NCBI GenBank assembly: GCA_002238945.1
Contig: MPNI01000012.1
Coordinates: 2,805 to 66,804, forward strand
Length of the DNA: 64,000 bases
Reading direction: 5' to 3'
Origin: Proteobacteria bacterium bin106
Lineage (GTDB): Bacteria; Bdellovibrionota_B; Oligoflexia; Oligoflexales; Bin106
Shown here: one piece after another, positions 33,606 through 44,328 of the stretch
Numbering within the stretch: position 1 is the first letter of the stretch
Layout: each line of letters begins with the position of its first letter
Program-made: the position numbers and the translations under genes
Notes under the pieces: model-generated
What the model was told of the DNA's origin: nothing
What the model saw: only the letters and a program-made list of their open reading frames with translations
Database searches by the model: none

Positions 33606-34463
33606 ATGAATGGTGCGTTTGAAGGACATAACCCACCCACTGAAGCTCTGGATTTCTTGCTATCGTGCTATCCACATAAATACCCCATATGGTTGCGTGT
33701 GTGCCAAAAAATAGGTTATACGTTTAAAGATAGAACTTTATTAGCTGAGGCTTTCACTCACCGTTCTGCCTTGAGTGAACTGAGTCAAAAGCTGAGCTGT
33801 GAAACAAAAAAGAGTTGGATAGCATGGCTTCCTTGGAATGAGAGAATGGAATTTCTAGGAGACAGTGTGCTGTCCTTGGTGATAAGTTCGTGGTTGTGGC
33901 ATCATAAAAGATCTTTTAGCGAAGGAGAATTCTCTAAAAAACGCTCGTTGTTGGTCCAAGAGAAAACGTTAGTGCAAGTGGCTCATATCTATGATATTGG
34001 TCAGTGTGTATTGTTGGGCAGTGCTGCAGAAAAATCAGGTGCTGGTAACAATGATGGATTGTTAGGAGATACTCTTGAAGCCTTTGTGGGTGCCGTGTAT
34101 TTGGACAGTGATTTTGCAAGAGTCTGTCACATAGTTGAGCACATGTTTGCTCCTTTTTTAGAAGATATTTCTGACAAAGAAGCTTGCCTGCTAGAGGATG
34201 TAGAAGACCATAAAAGCCGGCTTCAAGAACTGAGCCAAATGCATTATGGGTCTTTGCCTGAATATATACTCGTCAGTGAAGAAGGTCTGGCACATGCCAA
34301 AGAATTTGTTATGGAATGTCACTTACAGGGCAAGTGTTTAGCCACAGGCAAGGGAAGCAGTAAAAAGCGTGCATCTCAACACGCAGCAGCGCAAGCATTG
34401 CAGGGTAAGATATTTTCTAAACATGCTGGCATCCATACGAAAACAAGTGCTACTACTAAATAA
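33606..34463 (+). CDS. rnc: Ribonuclease III
   Basis: AFTHRS, NERMEFLGDSVL, DTLEAFVGAVYLD, dsRBD (KSRLQE..., GSSKKRASQHAA). Confidence 0.96.
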   Translation: MNGAFEGHNPPTEALDFLLSCYPHKYPIWLRVCQKIGYTFKDRTLLAEAFTHRSALSELSQKLSCETKKSWIAWLPWNERMEFLGDSVLSLVISSWLWHHKRSFSEGEFSKKRSLLVQEKTLVQVAHIYDIGQCVLLGSAAEKSGAGNNDGLLGDTLEAFVGAVYLDSDFARVCHIVEHMFAPFLEDISDKEACLLEDVEDHKSRLQELSQMHYGSLPEYILVSEEGLAHAKEFVMECHLQGKCLATGKGSSKKRASQHAAAQALQGKIFSKHAGIHTKTSATTK

Positions 34464-34488
34464 GCTGCTAAACGAGGAGTGATAATAA

Positions 34489-35913
34489 GTGTCTCATTAT
34501 TATGGAAAAGTGTCTTTAATTGGGCGGGTTAATGTTGGCAAATCCAAGTTATTCAATCGCTTAACTGCTCAGAGACGCATGATTGTTAGCCATGAGCCTG
34601 GTGCTACCAGAGACCGAGTCTACGGTACCTGTCGAATGGGATTAGGAGAATGGAGTGTTATCGACAGTGGTGGCTATGAAACACACGATTTTTCTTATCA
34701 GCCCTTTGGCGAAGAACTTGTTTGGCAGCAAACAGAGAAAGCCCTTGAAGAATCTGATTTGGCGTTATTGATCATGGATGGCCGTCATGGTTTCCATGTT
34801 TTTGACGGAGAGCTCGCTCAAATGCTTCATCGAAGCTCAAAACCTGTGATGTATGTGGTCAATAAAGTGGATGATATCCGTTTGGCAGATAAGTATCTCA
34901 GTGATTTTTATAATCATCTCCATCAAGCTGAAAAGATATGGCCCGTAAGTGCTGCCTCTGCTGCTGGGCTAAAAGTTCTTGTAACAGAAGTGGAACATGT
35001 TTTATCAAGCATTCAAAAGCCCAAAAAATCCACAGAATCAGAACAGCCTGCTCCTGCCATTGCTTTAATTGGTAGGCCAAATAGCGGTAAAAGTTCTTTA
35101 TTAAATCGCCTCAGTTCTTCTCAGCGCAGCTGTGTCAGCGATGTAGCAGGAACCACGCGTGATCTCATTGATGTAGCCACAACATATAATTATCAAAATT
35201 ATACACTGGTGGATACGGCTGGAGTTCGCAGACGCACAAAAGTGGATGAGGGACTTGAAAGAATCAGTGTAACCTTAAGTATCAAAGCCATCAACCAATC
35301 AGATGTATGCGTTCTTGTTATTGATGCTATACAAGGTTTCACTGATCAAGACGCTAAACTTGTGCGTTTAGTTATGACTGCACAAAAACCACTACTTGTG
35401 GTTATAAACAAGTGGGATTTAATATCTGATAAATCATCCAATACCTTAAAACACTACGAAGACAATTTACGACGTCATCATTTAGCGAGCATGTCTTTTG
35501 TGCCCATACGTGCCGTCTCAGCACTAAAAAATCAAAGAGTTCATGAATTATTCACTATTATCGAAACGTTAGTAAACATGTCATCTAAACGTATTCCTAC
35601 AGCTATAGTCAATCGAGAACTCATGAAAATCACCCAAGCAAGGATGCCTCACTTGATCAAATCGTTTCAAAAACGCGTCAAATTTTACTATGCAACCCAG
35701 GTTTCCATAAAACCACCCACATTCTTAATTAAATGCAATGTAGCCCATGCCATCAAAGATTCATACAAAAGCTACATTAAAGCAAGTTTACAAAAAGCTT
35801 TGCCATTTCATCTTGTAACAATTAGGCTCATTTTTCGTGATAAACAAGAAGAAAATGAGCAACAAAATGCATCACGTAGCACTCTTCAGACACATAAACA
35901 TAAAAATGCATAA
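34489..35913 (+). CDS. der: Ribosome biogenesis GTPase Der (EngA)
   Basis: Two G domains: GRVNVGKS/DSGG/NKVD and GRPNSGKSS/GTTRD/DTAG/NKWD; C-terminal YATQ..PPTF. Confidence 0.95.
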   Translation: MSHYYGKVSLIGRVNVGKSKLFNRLTAQRRMIVSHEPGATRDRVYGTCRMGLGEWSVIDSGGYETHDFSYQPFGEELVWQQTEKALEESDLALLIMDGRHGFHVFDGELAQMLHRSSKPVMYVVNKVDDIRLADKYLSDFYNHLHQAEKIWPVSAASAAGLKVLVTEVEHVLSSIQKPKKSTESEQPAPAIALIGRPNSGKSSLLNRLSSSQRSCVSDVAGTTRDLIDVATTYNYQNYTLVDTAGVRRRTKVDEGLERISVTLSIKAINQSDVCVLVIDAIQGFTDQDAKLVRLVMTAQKPLLVVINKWDLISDKSSNTLKHYEDNLRRHHLASMSFVPIRAVSALKNQRVHELFTIIETLVNMSSKRIPTAIVNRELMKITQARMPHLIKSFQKRVKFYYATQVSIKPPTFLIKCNVAHAIKDSYKSYIKASLQKALPFHLVTIRLIFRDKQEENEQQNASRSTLQTHKHKNA

Positions 35914-35989
35914 TCTGCACCATATATCTTTTATCTTTACAACATATTCCATATGTATTTTCCTCACTTAAAGCACCTTGCCCATATCA

Positions 35990-36018
35990 TTGACAGTATA
36001 TGAGTTATGGTTTACTTT
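35990..36018 (+). promoter_or_regulatory. Putative sigma70 promoter of the HIT gene
   Basis: TTGACA-N17-TACTTT about 40 bp upstream of the start. Confidence 0.5.
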
Positions 36019-36059
36019 TAAGCTATGGCTGTAAAAACAGGACTTAAAAAAAGGGGACT

Positions 36060-36473
36060 ATGATGGGAAACAATGATTCTACACAAGAAAATGCTAAAGC
36101 TCATTTCATAGATCACACAAAAAACCCTGACAGTCCAACGATATTTGATAAAATCCTTAAAGGTGACATACCTTGTAAGAAAGTTTATGAAGATGAGGAT
36201 GTGTTAGCCTTTAATGATATCCAACCACAAGCTCCCGTACATGTCTTGGTGATTCCAAAAAAGAAATGGAAATCCTTTTCAAACCTTCATCTTGCTAAAG
36301 ATGAAGTGGTGGGTGTATATATGAAAAAAGTGTCATATGTGGCGCATCAATTAGGACTTGATGGTCCGGGATATCGTGTTGTCTTTAATCATGGCGAACA
36401 TGGAGCTCAAAGTGTTGATTATATTCATGCGCATATTTTAGCAGGACGCTCTATGCAGTGGCCTCCTGGATGA
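36060..36473 (+). CDS. hinT: Histidine triad nucleotide-binding protein
   Basis: TIFDKIL, DIQPQAPVHVLVIPK, QSVDYIHAHILAGR.M.WPPG. Confidence 0.92.
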   Translation: MMGNNDSTQENAKAHFIDHTKNPDSPTIFDKILKGDIPCKKVYEDEDVLAFNDIQPQAPVHVLVIPKKKWKSFSNLHLAKDEVVGVYMKKVSYVAHQLGLDGPGYRVVFNHGEHGAQSVDYIHAHILAGRSMQWPPG

Positions 36474-36556
36474 GCTTATAACTCGCACCTATTGATTTAT
36501 GTTTATAGCTTATAAATATCCGTTAACACATTTTTCAATGACATAAACACAGACTG

Positions 36557-38425
36557 TTACACTCTTTTTTCTCTTTCTCTCATCAAAGCAAGTCTTTGAA
36601 AAAGACTTAAGAAAAAGAACGGCAATAACAGAGTTATGATCCACAAAATAGCAGAATGTCTGTGATCAAGGGTTTCTGCTGCGATGGTGTTGACATGTCT
36701 TTGTGTTGTATTTTGGTCCATAAGTATGGAACAACCGGTTGCAGGAATACGTTTTCGACCTGTTTGTTTCGTCGATGATGCATTGAGATTATTAGTAATA
36801 GCCCATTTAAGAGCTTTTTCTGCATCAACAATACCTTTTCCCAACAACCTGACCGTTTGGTTGGAGTTAGCTATTTTTCTTTTAAAACTCTTGTTTTCTG
36901 TTGCGTACAGAGATAGATCTGATGTTTCTCTAAGGAGATGATTGACTTGAGCAAAAGTGGCATAAGGCCTTACAGCTAAAATAAGCCCTGCTATACCAGC
37001 GACTAAAGGCGAAGCTTGTGAGGTTCCACCTTGACGATTAGTACTACCACCGCTAATTGAAGATTGCAGCATATTTCCTGATGCAGCCACATCCACCCAA
37101 TAGCCAGAGTTTGAAAAATCGGATTTTTTTAATCCTGGCCCTATAGCAGCTACTGAAGTAAAGTGTTCATAAGCTGCAGGAAATTCACGTTCTGAAGTAA
37201 ATGCATTGCCTGCTGCAGCTATTAAAACAATACCCCTGCCTTTTTTACTAAGACTTTTTGTTATAAATCGAATACTAATAGAGCTCGTATCTTTGCCGAG
37301 TGAGGCATTTAACACTCTTACTTTTGGATATTGGTTAACAAATTCATAAGCTCTTAACAAAGCTACATCGGGGATTTTACCCTTTTCATCTGTAACTTTT
37401 ATGGGAAGAAAACGACAAAATGGGCAAGCTCCATAAACTTGATCTTTTTGATACCCTACAGCAAGTCCTGTGACATGTGTTCCATGATGACAGTTTGTTC
37501 CCTCACAGCGGTTACCATGCCCATTTGATCCTGCAGGATAAAATGCTGCATTGCCTAATTTTCTGCCTTTCTTGTAATCTTGATTAGATGGCCTAGATGT
37601 ATTGCAACCATTAGCAGCACAACCTAACAAGCCTGTATTAAAGCCAGAAAAAACAGCAACCCTATTTTTAAGAGCAGGGTGTTCTATATCCACCCCCGAA
37701 TCCACAATAGCTATAATAGGGGCATTAGACCGTAAGGTTTCAATTTTCTTATTACTCAATCGAGACACAATATCAAGAGCTTTATCAATTTTCAGTTGTT
37801 TAATATGATAGAAATGCCCACTCTCATTTCTTTCCTTATAATCTTTTGCCACCGCTTGCACATTGTCTCTGTGACTTGGTTCTTCTACAAAAAGCGAAGA
37901 ATAACGGTTAGGTTCTGCATACCAGATATATTGATCTTTCTGCCATTGAGCAAGAGTATGACGAGCTTGATCTGTTGTGGAAAACCTGACTTTTGAAATA
38001 AGCGCTCTACCATACATTTGATCCATTTTATGGATAGCGTTTTCTGGCATAAGCGATGATAAAGAAAAAGGAATAGACGTATCTATCTGAGTGTCGTGAT
38101 CTGGAGACTGATAATCATCAAACATATCCACACTGGAAATCAACTCCACATCTTCAAGGTAACCTGTTTCTACAAAATCTTGATAATACTGCTGATGCAA
38201 AGACGCACTATGTAAGGCATAATCTGGTGAGCTAGTTAGTGAAGAATGATCTTTGAAAGCCACAAGATATTCCAACTCTTTGGCTTTTCCCTCGGTGATG
38301 TCTGTATCCATAGGATGGATAATCAAAGGTTGGTGGCTATGAGCTAGCGGATCCTGTGGATACATATCTCCACAGGATATGAAAAAAAAACAGCTCACCA
38401 TAATCCCTAAAACACGGTATACCAT
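36557..38425 (-). CDS. Subtilisin-like S8 serine peptidase, probable lipoprotein with C-terminal TM
   Basis: Triad motifs IAIVDSG, HGTHVTG, GTSQASP; oxyanion AAAGN. Start probably 38425 (lipobox FFISC) or 38515 rather than 38842. Confidence 0.9.
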   Translation of the reverse strand: MVYRVLGIMVSCFFFISCGDMYPQDPLAHSHQPLIIHPMDTDITEGKAKELEYLVAFKDHSSLTSSPDYALHSASLHQQYYQDFVETGYLEDVELISSVDMFDDYQSPDHDTQIDTSIPFSLSSLMPENAIHKMDQMYGRALISKVRFSTTDQARHTLAQWQKDQYIWYAEPNRYSSLFVEEPSHRDNVQAVAKDYKERNESGHFYHIKQLKIDKALDIVSRLSNKKIETLRSNAPIIAIVDSGVDIEHPALKNRVAVFSGFNTGLLGCAANGCNTSRPSNQDYKKGRKLGNAAFYPAGSNGHGNRCEGTNCHHGTHVTGLAVGYQKDQVYGACPFCRFLPIKVTDEKGKIPDVALLRAYEFVNQYPKVRVLNASLGKDTSSISIRFITKSLSKKGRGIVLIAAAGNAFTSEREFPAAYEHFTSVAAIGPGLKKSDFSNSGYWVDVAASGNMLQSSISGGSTNRQGGTSQASPLVAGIAGLILAVRPYATFAQVNHLLRETSDLSLYATENKSFKRKIANSNQTVRLLGKGIVDAEKALKWAITNNLNASSTKQTGRKRIPATGCSILMDQNTTQRHVNTIAAETLDHRHSAILWIITLLLPFFFLSLFQRLALMREREKRV

Positions 38426-38598
38426 GATTCTAAATTGCACAGCCACAGCTACAGCCACAGCCATAACCATAACCACAGCCATCATCATGATGATCATATA
38501 AACGATGGATGTCATAAAGCCAGATGATGAATGATGTGATGGTAAAGATGTTCCATAAGGTACACATCTACGATTGTGAGCTATAGCAAATAAGGGCA

Positions 38599-40446
38599 TT
38601 ATCTGGAAAGGGTATTGTGCAAAGGAAGAAAGGGCACCCAATGAGGTTTTGGTTGTGTTCGTTTGTTCACAAGAACGTAAGAAAAGGAAGGTAAGCATGG
38701 TTTGTCTTGGTTGGATTTTGTGACACCTATATTGCCAAAGTGTTGTTGCTGCTGAGCGGTGAGTGATGGCAGAGCCACTTTGCCTCTTTCTGTTCCTATC
38801 CATCCTACTATGACCATAGCACCTTGAATTTCCACTGACCAATAATTGAGCCGATCTTGGCTCACAGAAAAGACTGCCGTGCTACAATCGGAACGTTGAT
38901 ACACTTGCTTAATAAGAGCTGCATAATCAGAGAAAAGATCTGCCTTAGGCAAGACAGCTTTATGACCTACGGGCTGAGATATTAAGACTTTGCTCTCAGG
39001 GTGGGTGTGCTTGATGGTGCGAAAGAATGTAGGTTTCGTATGTGGAGGCTTTTGTTGTACCAAAGAGCCATAAAGGACGGCAAGTTTGAGAGGTGAAATA
39101 GGCTCTTCACCAAGCAATAAGCCCAGATCTTGACGTTTAGTATCCCAACCTAACATGTGAAACAACCCTTTAAGAGATCCATAACCATAATCTCTTACAG
39201 AAGCTGCAAGAGCATATATACGATTATCTTTTGCTAAACCGTAGTATGACTCTTCACTGGGTTGTGGGCCTCTGTCATAGAGTCTCTTGCCTTTCGTCAG
39301 CATAAGTAACGTTAAGAAAGGCACCACCATATGCCCCATAGGTCTTTGAGTATACAGCGCTCTATTGTACATACTTTTAGCGTAATGTTTTCCACCACGG
39401 AGTGCTGCGACTTCTCCTGTGGAACTATCATAAACCACACCCGCTACCTCCACTTCCTTTGCAAAGTATTGAGGGGAATGTGAGGTGAGATTGGCAAGTA
39501 ACTGATAACGACGTTTAAGACGATGATCTAAAGTGCTTTGCCACTTTCGACTAAAAGTAGAGTTGATATGCAAGCCGTTATTAAGGGTATGGGCGGGCAA
39601 GTAATAACGTAATTCACCAGTAAGAGCATCCATAAAATAGCTGCCTTGTAACATGGTTTTTTTACGAACTGTGGGGGTTTTAGCAGAACGGACCACTTGC
39701 CTATAAGTTTTCCGCGTTATCCAACCTTCTTCAAAAGTACGTTTTAAAATATAGATCTGTCTTCTACGTGCTTCTTTAGGCCTTGAACTCAAACGTGATG
39801 GTGCTTTGAGCATAGCAGCCAAATAAGCCGCTTCGGATAAAGCAAGATCTCGAGCAGACTTATGGAAATACGTTTGAGAAGCTGCCTCAATACCATAAGC
39901 TCCCTTGCCAAAATACATCTGATTGAGGTAAATGCTCACAATATCATCTTTGCTAAGATGATGCTCTAAAGCTACAGCTATGGCTAATTCTTTGAGTTTA
40001 CGAGAAAGGTGTTTCTTATGATGAAGAAAGAAATGTCTAGCTGTTTGCTGAGTGATGGTGGAGCCTCCCTCCACAAAAGCTCTATGCTGGATATTTTTTA
40101 TAAGAGCTCTCATCATACCCTTCCAACTCACCCCCTTATGATCATAAAAATGAGCATCTTCGGCAGCTAAGAATACCCGGATGGTATCTTCGCTCAGCTC
40201 AGAGAGAGGTATATTCAAACGATACTCTTTACCTAAGTATCCCATCAAAGTGTTGTTGTTATCAAAAATTTCACTGCTATAGCGCAGATCTTTTGCAGAA
40301 AATGCAGAGATCTTTTGTACCATCTTAGCAATCTCTTCTTGATACACATGCTGTGAGCGCATCAATACCACATTCACCACAGCAACAGGAAGAGTCACTA
40401 TCAGTACACATAACATCAGAGGTATAAGTATTTTTTTACGCATCAT
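38599..40446 (-). CDS. GT51 transglycosylase-domain protein (class A PBP-like) with degenerate transpeptidase domain
   Basis: AAEDAHFYDHKG, GGSTITQQ, RKLKE, YLNQMYFG; SxxK position reads RPMGHMVVPF. Confidence 0.88.
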   Translation of the reverse strand: MMRKKILIPLMLCVLIVTLPVAVVNVVLMRSQHVYQEEIAKMVQKISAFSAKDLRYSSEIFDNNNTLMGYLGKEYRLNIPLSELSEDTIRVFLAAEDAHFYDHKGVSWKGMMRALIKNIQHRAFVEGGSTITQQTARHFFLHHKKHLSRKLKELAIAVALEHHLSKDDIVSIYLNQMYFGKGAYGIEAASQTYFHKSARDLALSEAAYLAAMLKAPSRLSSRPKEARRRQIYILKRTFEEGWITRKTYRQVVRSAKTPTVRKKTMLQGSYFMDALTGELRYYLPAHTLNNGLHINSTFSRKWQSTLDHRLKRRYQLLANLTSHSPQYFAKEVEVAGVVYDSSTGEVAALRGGKHYAKSMYNRALYTQRPMGHMVVPFLTLLMLTKGKRLYDRGPQPSEESYYGLAKDNRIYALAASVRDYGYGSLKGLFHMLGWDTKRQDLGLLLGEEPISPLKLAVLYGSLVQQKPPHTKPTFFRTIKHTHPESKVLISQPVGHKAVLPKADLFSDYAALIKQVYQRSDCSTAVFSVSQDRLNYWSVEIQGAMVIVGWIGTERGKVALPSLTAQQQQHFGNIGVTKSNQDKPCLPSFSYVLVNKRTQPKPHWVPFLPLHNTLSR

Positions 40447-40559
40447 ATATGCTTTAGAAAAGTTCTAGCCTTAAGAGATCTTACTGGATCTTCTTCAAGG
40501 CTAGCATAAGCATATGATCGCTAAAGGACGGCAAGTCTGAAGAATATGCCGCAAGGAAA

Positions 40560-41384
40560 CTAGTTGTGTTTTGGGGCTACAAGTTGCTGCCATTGAGCCA
40601 TTTTTGCTGAAAAAACCTGAGAGCGTTCCACAGCAGATAGGTTACGTGTCAGAAGGTGATCATCGTACTTGAGCTTACCTTCATCACCTGCCTTTTGGGC
40701 TTTAAGAACATACTTCTCTATATCACTCGTAACGGCACGGATAGAATCCGGTGCCGTAGCATGATATTTCACCACCAATTGATCCATCAAAAAAAAGCAA
40801 GTAAGCCAATGTTCTTGCTTACAGTAATATTTTGTCACAAATATCTCTGAATTCATCACACGCTCTTCTCCTATTTTGTAGTTTTCTTCCATAGTTGTGG
40901 TATAGGAAGAATGAGGAAAGCGTTCTTTGAGTTTTTTCCATGTATTGAGAGCTTTTTTGGTGAAATCTTGTTCACGATCTTCCTCATCCGGTGCATCTTT
41001 CCAATAAGACAGCCCAATACGGTAATAGGCAAAGTCCAATTGCGGATGGTCAGGATGAAGCAAAGTAAACTGTTGATAAGCAGCAGTGGCTTGTGGATAA
41101 TCAGCAAGTTCAAAATGAGCATTAGCCATCAACAATTCCGCAGTGGTGGCAAAACGGCTATAAGGATAGCGTGAACGAAACTCTTGAAGGTCATCAATAG
41201 CATTTTTGTAGCTCTTATTATCATAAGACTCTTTGGCTTTCACATAAGCATCCTCAGCTCCCATAGAAAGATCCTTACTGCTCTGACAAGCTGACATCAC
41301 AACACCTACTCCTATGACCACAACGCTCAAAAAAGCGATATGGAAGGAAGCAAAAAACATGCGAAAGTATGGATAGAAATACAT
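40560..41384 (-). CDS. bamD: Outer membrane protein assembly factor BamD
   Basis: Lipobox VMSAC; TPR pattern RYPYSRFA..AELLMA, F..LHPDHP..DFAYY, DREQ, RFPHS.Y. Confidence 0.9.
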   Translation of the reverse strand: MYFYPYFRMFFASFHIAFLSVVVIGVGVVMSACQSSKDLSMGAEDAYVKAKESYDNKSYKNAIDDLQEFRSRYPYSRFATTAELLMANAHFELADYPQATAAYQQFTLLHPDHPQLDFAYYRIGLSYWKDAPDEEDREQDFTKKALNTWKKLKERFPHSSYTTTMEENYKIGEERVMNSEIFVTKYYCKQEHWLTCFFLMDQLVVKYHATAPDSIRAVTSDIEKYVLKAQKAGDEGKLKYDDHLLTRNLSAVERSQVFSAKMAQWQQLVAPKHN

Positions 41385-41810
41385 AGAGATGAAGGATTTT
41401 ATCTATAAAAGAAGTAACTAAGACGATACATACAAAGCTATCAAAATGAAATTCAGACCATTAACGTCGATAGTCCTCTGTCCATCAGAAGACAATCATG
41501 TGTGATACATACACCTGTAGTAGTGAATAGATCAAGCTTTTTTTCTTTCTTATCTTTCTTGTGAATTTCTTATGGTTTCTTCTTTCTTATATATGGCTTA
41601 TGTATCTGTTGTATCTGTAACTATATCTATACTAACTATGCGTGTACCGGCTATGACTATAACGTGTTTATATGGAGCTCACTTAAAGCCAATACTATCA
41701 TAATGCGTGGTTCACCGAGAGGACTTGTTATGATGCGTTATTGTCACTTATGAGTGGAGTTTGTCAACAACGATTTTTGTTATATACCCTGTTGCAACTC
41801 GTCGAAATAG

Positions 41811-42881
41811 ATGCTCAAAGATGACTCAAGATATGAAGGAAGATGTGTGCACGAAATCCAAATGGATGTGGCTAGTTCTGATTGCAGCCAATTAACGGTT
41901 TCTTCTTATAGAAAATACCGCTCTATCATCATACGTTTAGTAGTTTTATCTTTTCTAATCCATGGTCTTGTTATCACCTATGTAGTAGATAGTTCCACCA
42001 CAAAGTCCCAAAATAGAAATGATATACGTGATGTGAATCACGGTCGTGATACTTTACCAAACGACAAGGAATACTCTTATGTGGATGTGTTTTTAGAGCC
42101 TAACGAAGTACCAGATGAGACCTTAAAAGACATCAAAGCTTTAGGGTTTCAAGATCGCCTCGTAGAAGAAGAAACCGTAGTGGCTGTAGAAGGCAAAGAA
42201 CCACAATCTAATGTGATCACTGAGACAACACCTCCCCAAAATCCAAAAACTCCAAAAAATCCGATACAGCCTGTAGCTGAAGCAATACAAGATGACGGAG
42301 ACTCAGAAGAACCTGTTACAAGCAAGACAGAGACAGCCCTTACAAAAGACCCTTCACCATTTTCTTCTTTACTAAATAGCCCTTCCCGTACAGCTTATGA
42401 AGGTTTGTTAGCTCAATCTCAAAACCTTCTTCCCAAGAACTCTTCATCAGCTATGGTTTCTGATAAGAAAAAAGGCCAACGTATCAATCTTTCAACTCAG
42501 TCATTTTCTTACAGCCATATTAGCTATATGTCAAAGTTTAAACGGCAATTTGAAAGCACCTGGGAATACCCCACAGAAGCAAAGAAATCTCGACTCACTG
42601 GTAGTGTTAGGTTGAGATTTTATATTTTTGAAGACGGCCAACTTGGTAATATAACCATTGTTTCATCGAGTGGCTATGACATTTTGGATCAAGCCGTGCT
42701 ACAAGCCTTACATGCAGCTGCTCCTTTTGATCGTGTCCCAGAAAGAATGCTCTCTAAAAGAGAGCATTCTCCAACAAAAACCAAACAACATGCCAAACAA
42801 CATGCCAAAAAAACTGAAGAAGATAAAGATCAAAGAAGATTATTAGAAATACATGGAGAATTCCGCTATCAACTATTGTAA
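41811..42881 (+). CDS. TonB-family energy transducer
   Basis: N-terminal TM with SFLIH, Pro-rich linker, TonB_C (WEYPTEA, GSVRLRFYI..DG, SSGYDILDQA). Confidence 0.85.
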   Translation: MLKDDSRYEGRCVHEIQMDVASSDCSQLTVSSYRKYRSIIIRLVVLSFLIHGLVITYVVDSSTTKSQNRNDIRDVNHGRDTLPNDKEYSYVDVFLEPNEVPDETLKDIKALGFQDRLVEEETVVAVEGKEPQSNVITETTPPQNPKTPKNPIQPVAEAIQDDGDSEEPVTSKTETALTKDPSPFSSLLNSPSRTAYEGLLAQSQNLLPKNSSSAMVSDKKKGQRINLSTQSFSYSHISYMSKFKRQFESTWEYPTEAKKSRLTGSVRLRFYIFEDGQLGNITIVSSSGYDILDQAVLQALHAAAPFDRVPERMLSKREHSPTKTKQHAKQHAKKTEEDKDQRRLLEIHGEFRYQLL

Positions 42882-43001
42882 TCTTCTGGTTATCTTGTTT
42901 GTCTTGCCTAAAAAACATGAGACATCATCACAACCGCCACAAACATATCCTCAGACAATCAGACCGAAACAAAACCATACAACACATGACACAACACGGC
43001 T

Positions 43002-44315
43002 ATGAGTAGGATCATGACGTCTTTAAGTTCCTCAGAAGCATTCTCTCTAGCTAAGAAATATTTAGTAGGAGGAGTGAATTCTCCTGTACGAGCGTATTCT
43101 TTTGTGGGCGGAACTCCTCCATTTATTGCCAAAGCAAAAGGAGCATACATCTATGATATCGATGCTCATAAATATATAGATTATGTCAACTCTTGGGGGG
43201 CATGTATCGTAGGGCATAGCCACCCTGAAGTGGTAAAGGCCGTATCTGAGCAAGCATCTCAAGGACTTTCTTATGGAGCCCCTACCTTACTTGAAGTCAA
43301 GCTAGCTCAAAAAATTGCTCAAGAAGTTCCTTCCATGGAACAGATGCGTTTTGTCTGTTCAGGAACAGAAGCCACCATGAGTGCTATCAGGGTGGCACGA
43401 GCGTATACAGGACATCATCATATCCTAAAATTCCATGGTCATTATCATGGTCATAGCGATGCATTGCTGACAGCTAGTGGCTCTGGTGTCATCACTCAAG
43501 GCTTGCCAGGTTCAGCAGGTGTACCCCCAGCCAGTGTCGCCTCAACGTTAGTGATTCCTTTTAACTGTCCTGCAAGCCTTGAAAAAGTTTTTGCTGAACA
43601 CGGTAAACACTTAGCATGTGTTATATGTGAACTTGTGGTGGGTAATTCAGGCTTTATTCTTCCTCAACAAGATTTTTTAGACACTCTCAAAAATCTTGTC
43701 AAACGTTATAAGGTGTTAGTTATTGCTGATGAGGTCATGAGTGGTTTTCGTGTGGGTATGGGAGGAGCTCAAAAAGAGTATGATATACAACCTGATATGA
43801 CCGTGTTAGGAAAAGTGATCGGAGGAGGGCTACCCATAGGAGCGTATGGTGGGCGCGCTCAGATCATGTCTCTTGTGGCACCCCAAGGAGACGTATATCA
43901 AGCTGGTACTCTTGCAGGCAATCCACTGGCCATGGCCAGTGGACTCGCAACCATGAACATTTTGTCTCAAGAAGGTGCTTTTGAACAACTACACACACGT
44001 ACAACACAATTGTGCAAAGGTTTGCTAGAGTGTGCTCAACGTCATGGCATAGATTTAGTCAGTGCCAACCTAGGAGGTATGTTTGGCTTTGCTTTTAGTG
44101 CCAAAACCATCAAGAATATCTCTACTCTCAATGCATTGGACCATAACATCTTTAAAACATTTTTTCATTGTATGTTACGTTTAGGTATCTATCTTCCTCC
44201 CTCTCCTTATGAAGCATGTTTTATCTCTTTAGCTCATAGTCAAGAAGATGTAGAGCATACACTGGCTCAAGCAGATAAAGCTATGGCTGAGTTAAAAGAT
44301 TCTCTTAAACCATAA
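43002..44315 (+). CDS. hemL: Glutamate-1-semialdehyde 2,1-aminomutase
   Basis: GGVNSPVRA, SGTEATMSAIR, DEVMSGFR, GKVIGGGLPIGAYGG, YQAGTLAGNP. Confidence 0.97.
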   Translation: MSRIMTSLSSSEAFSLAKKYLVGGVNSPVRAYSFVGGTPPFIAKAKGAYIYDIDAHKYIDYVNSWGACIVGHSHPEVVKAVSEQASQGLSYGAPTLLEVKLAQKIAQEVPSMEQMRFVCSGTEATMSAIRVARAYTGHHHILKFHGHYHGHSDALLTASGSGVITQGLPGSAGVPPASVASTLVIPFNCPASLEKVFAEHGKHLACVICELVVGNSGFILPQQDFLDTLKNLVKRYKVLVIADEVMSGFRVGMGGAQKEYDIQPDMTVLGKVIGGGLPIGAYGGRAQIMSLVAPQGDVYQAGTLAGNPLAMASGLATMNILSQEGAFEQLHTRTTQLCKGLLECAQRHGIDLVSANLGGMFGFAFSAKTIKNISTLNALDHNIFKTFFHCMLRLGIYLPPSPYEACFISLAHSQEDVEHTLAQADKAMAELKDSLKP

Positions 44316-44328
44316 AAAAGATGATTTT

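Noticed and set aside
38382..38390. A9 homopolymer in the S8 signal-peptide region as a phase-variation switch
   Set aside because: Poly-A/T runs of this length are common in this AT-rich window, and there is no evidence of length variation.
38426..38842. Long N-terminal extension of the S8 protease overlapping the PBP gene
   Set aside because: A better start with a lipoprotein signal exists downstream. The extension overlaps another CDS and includes hexamer-repeat sequence.
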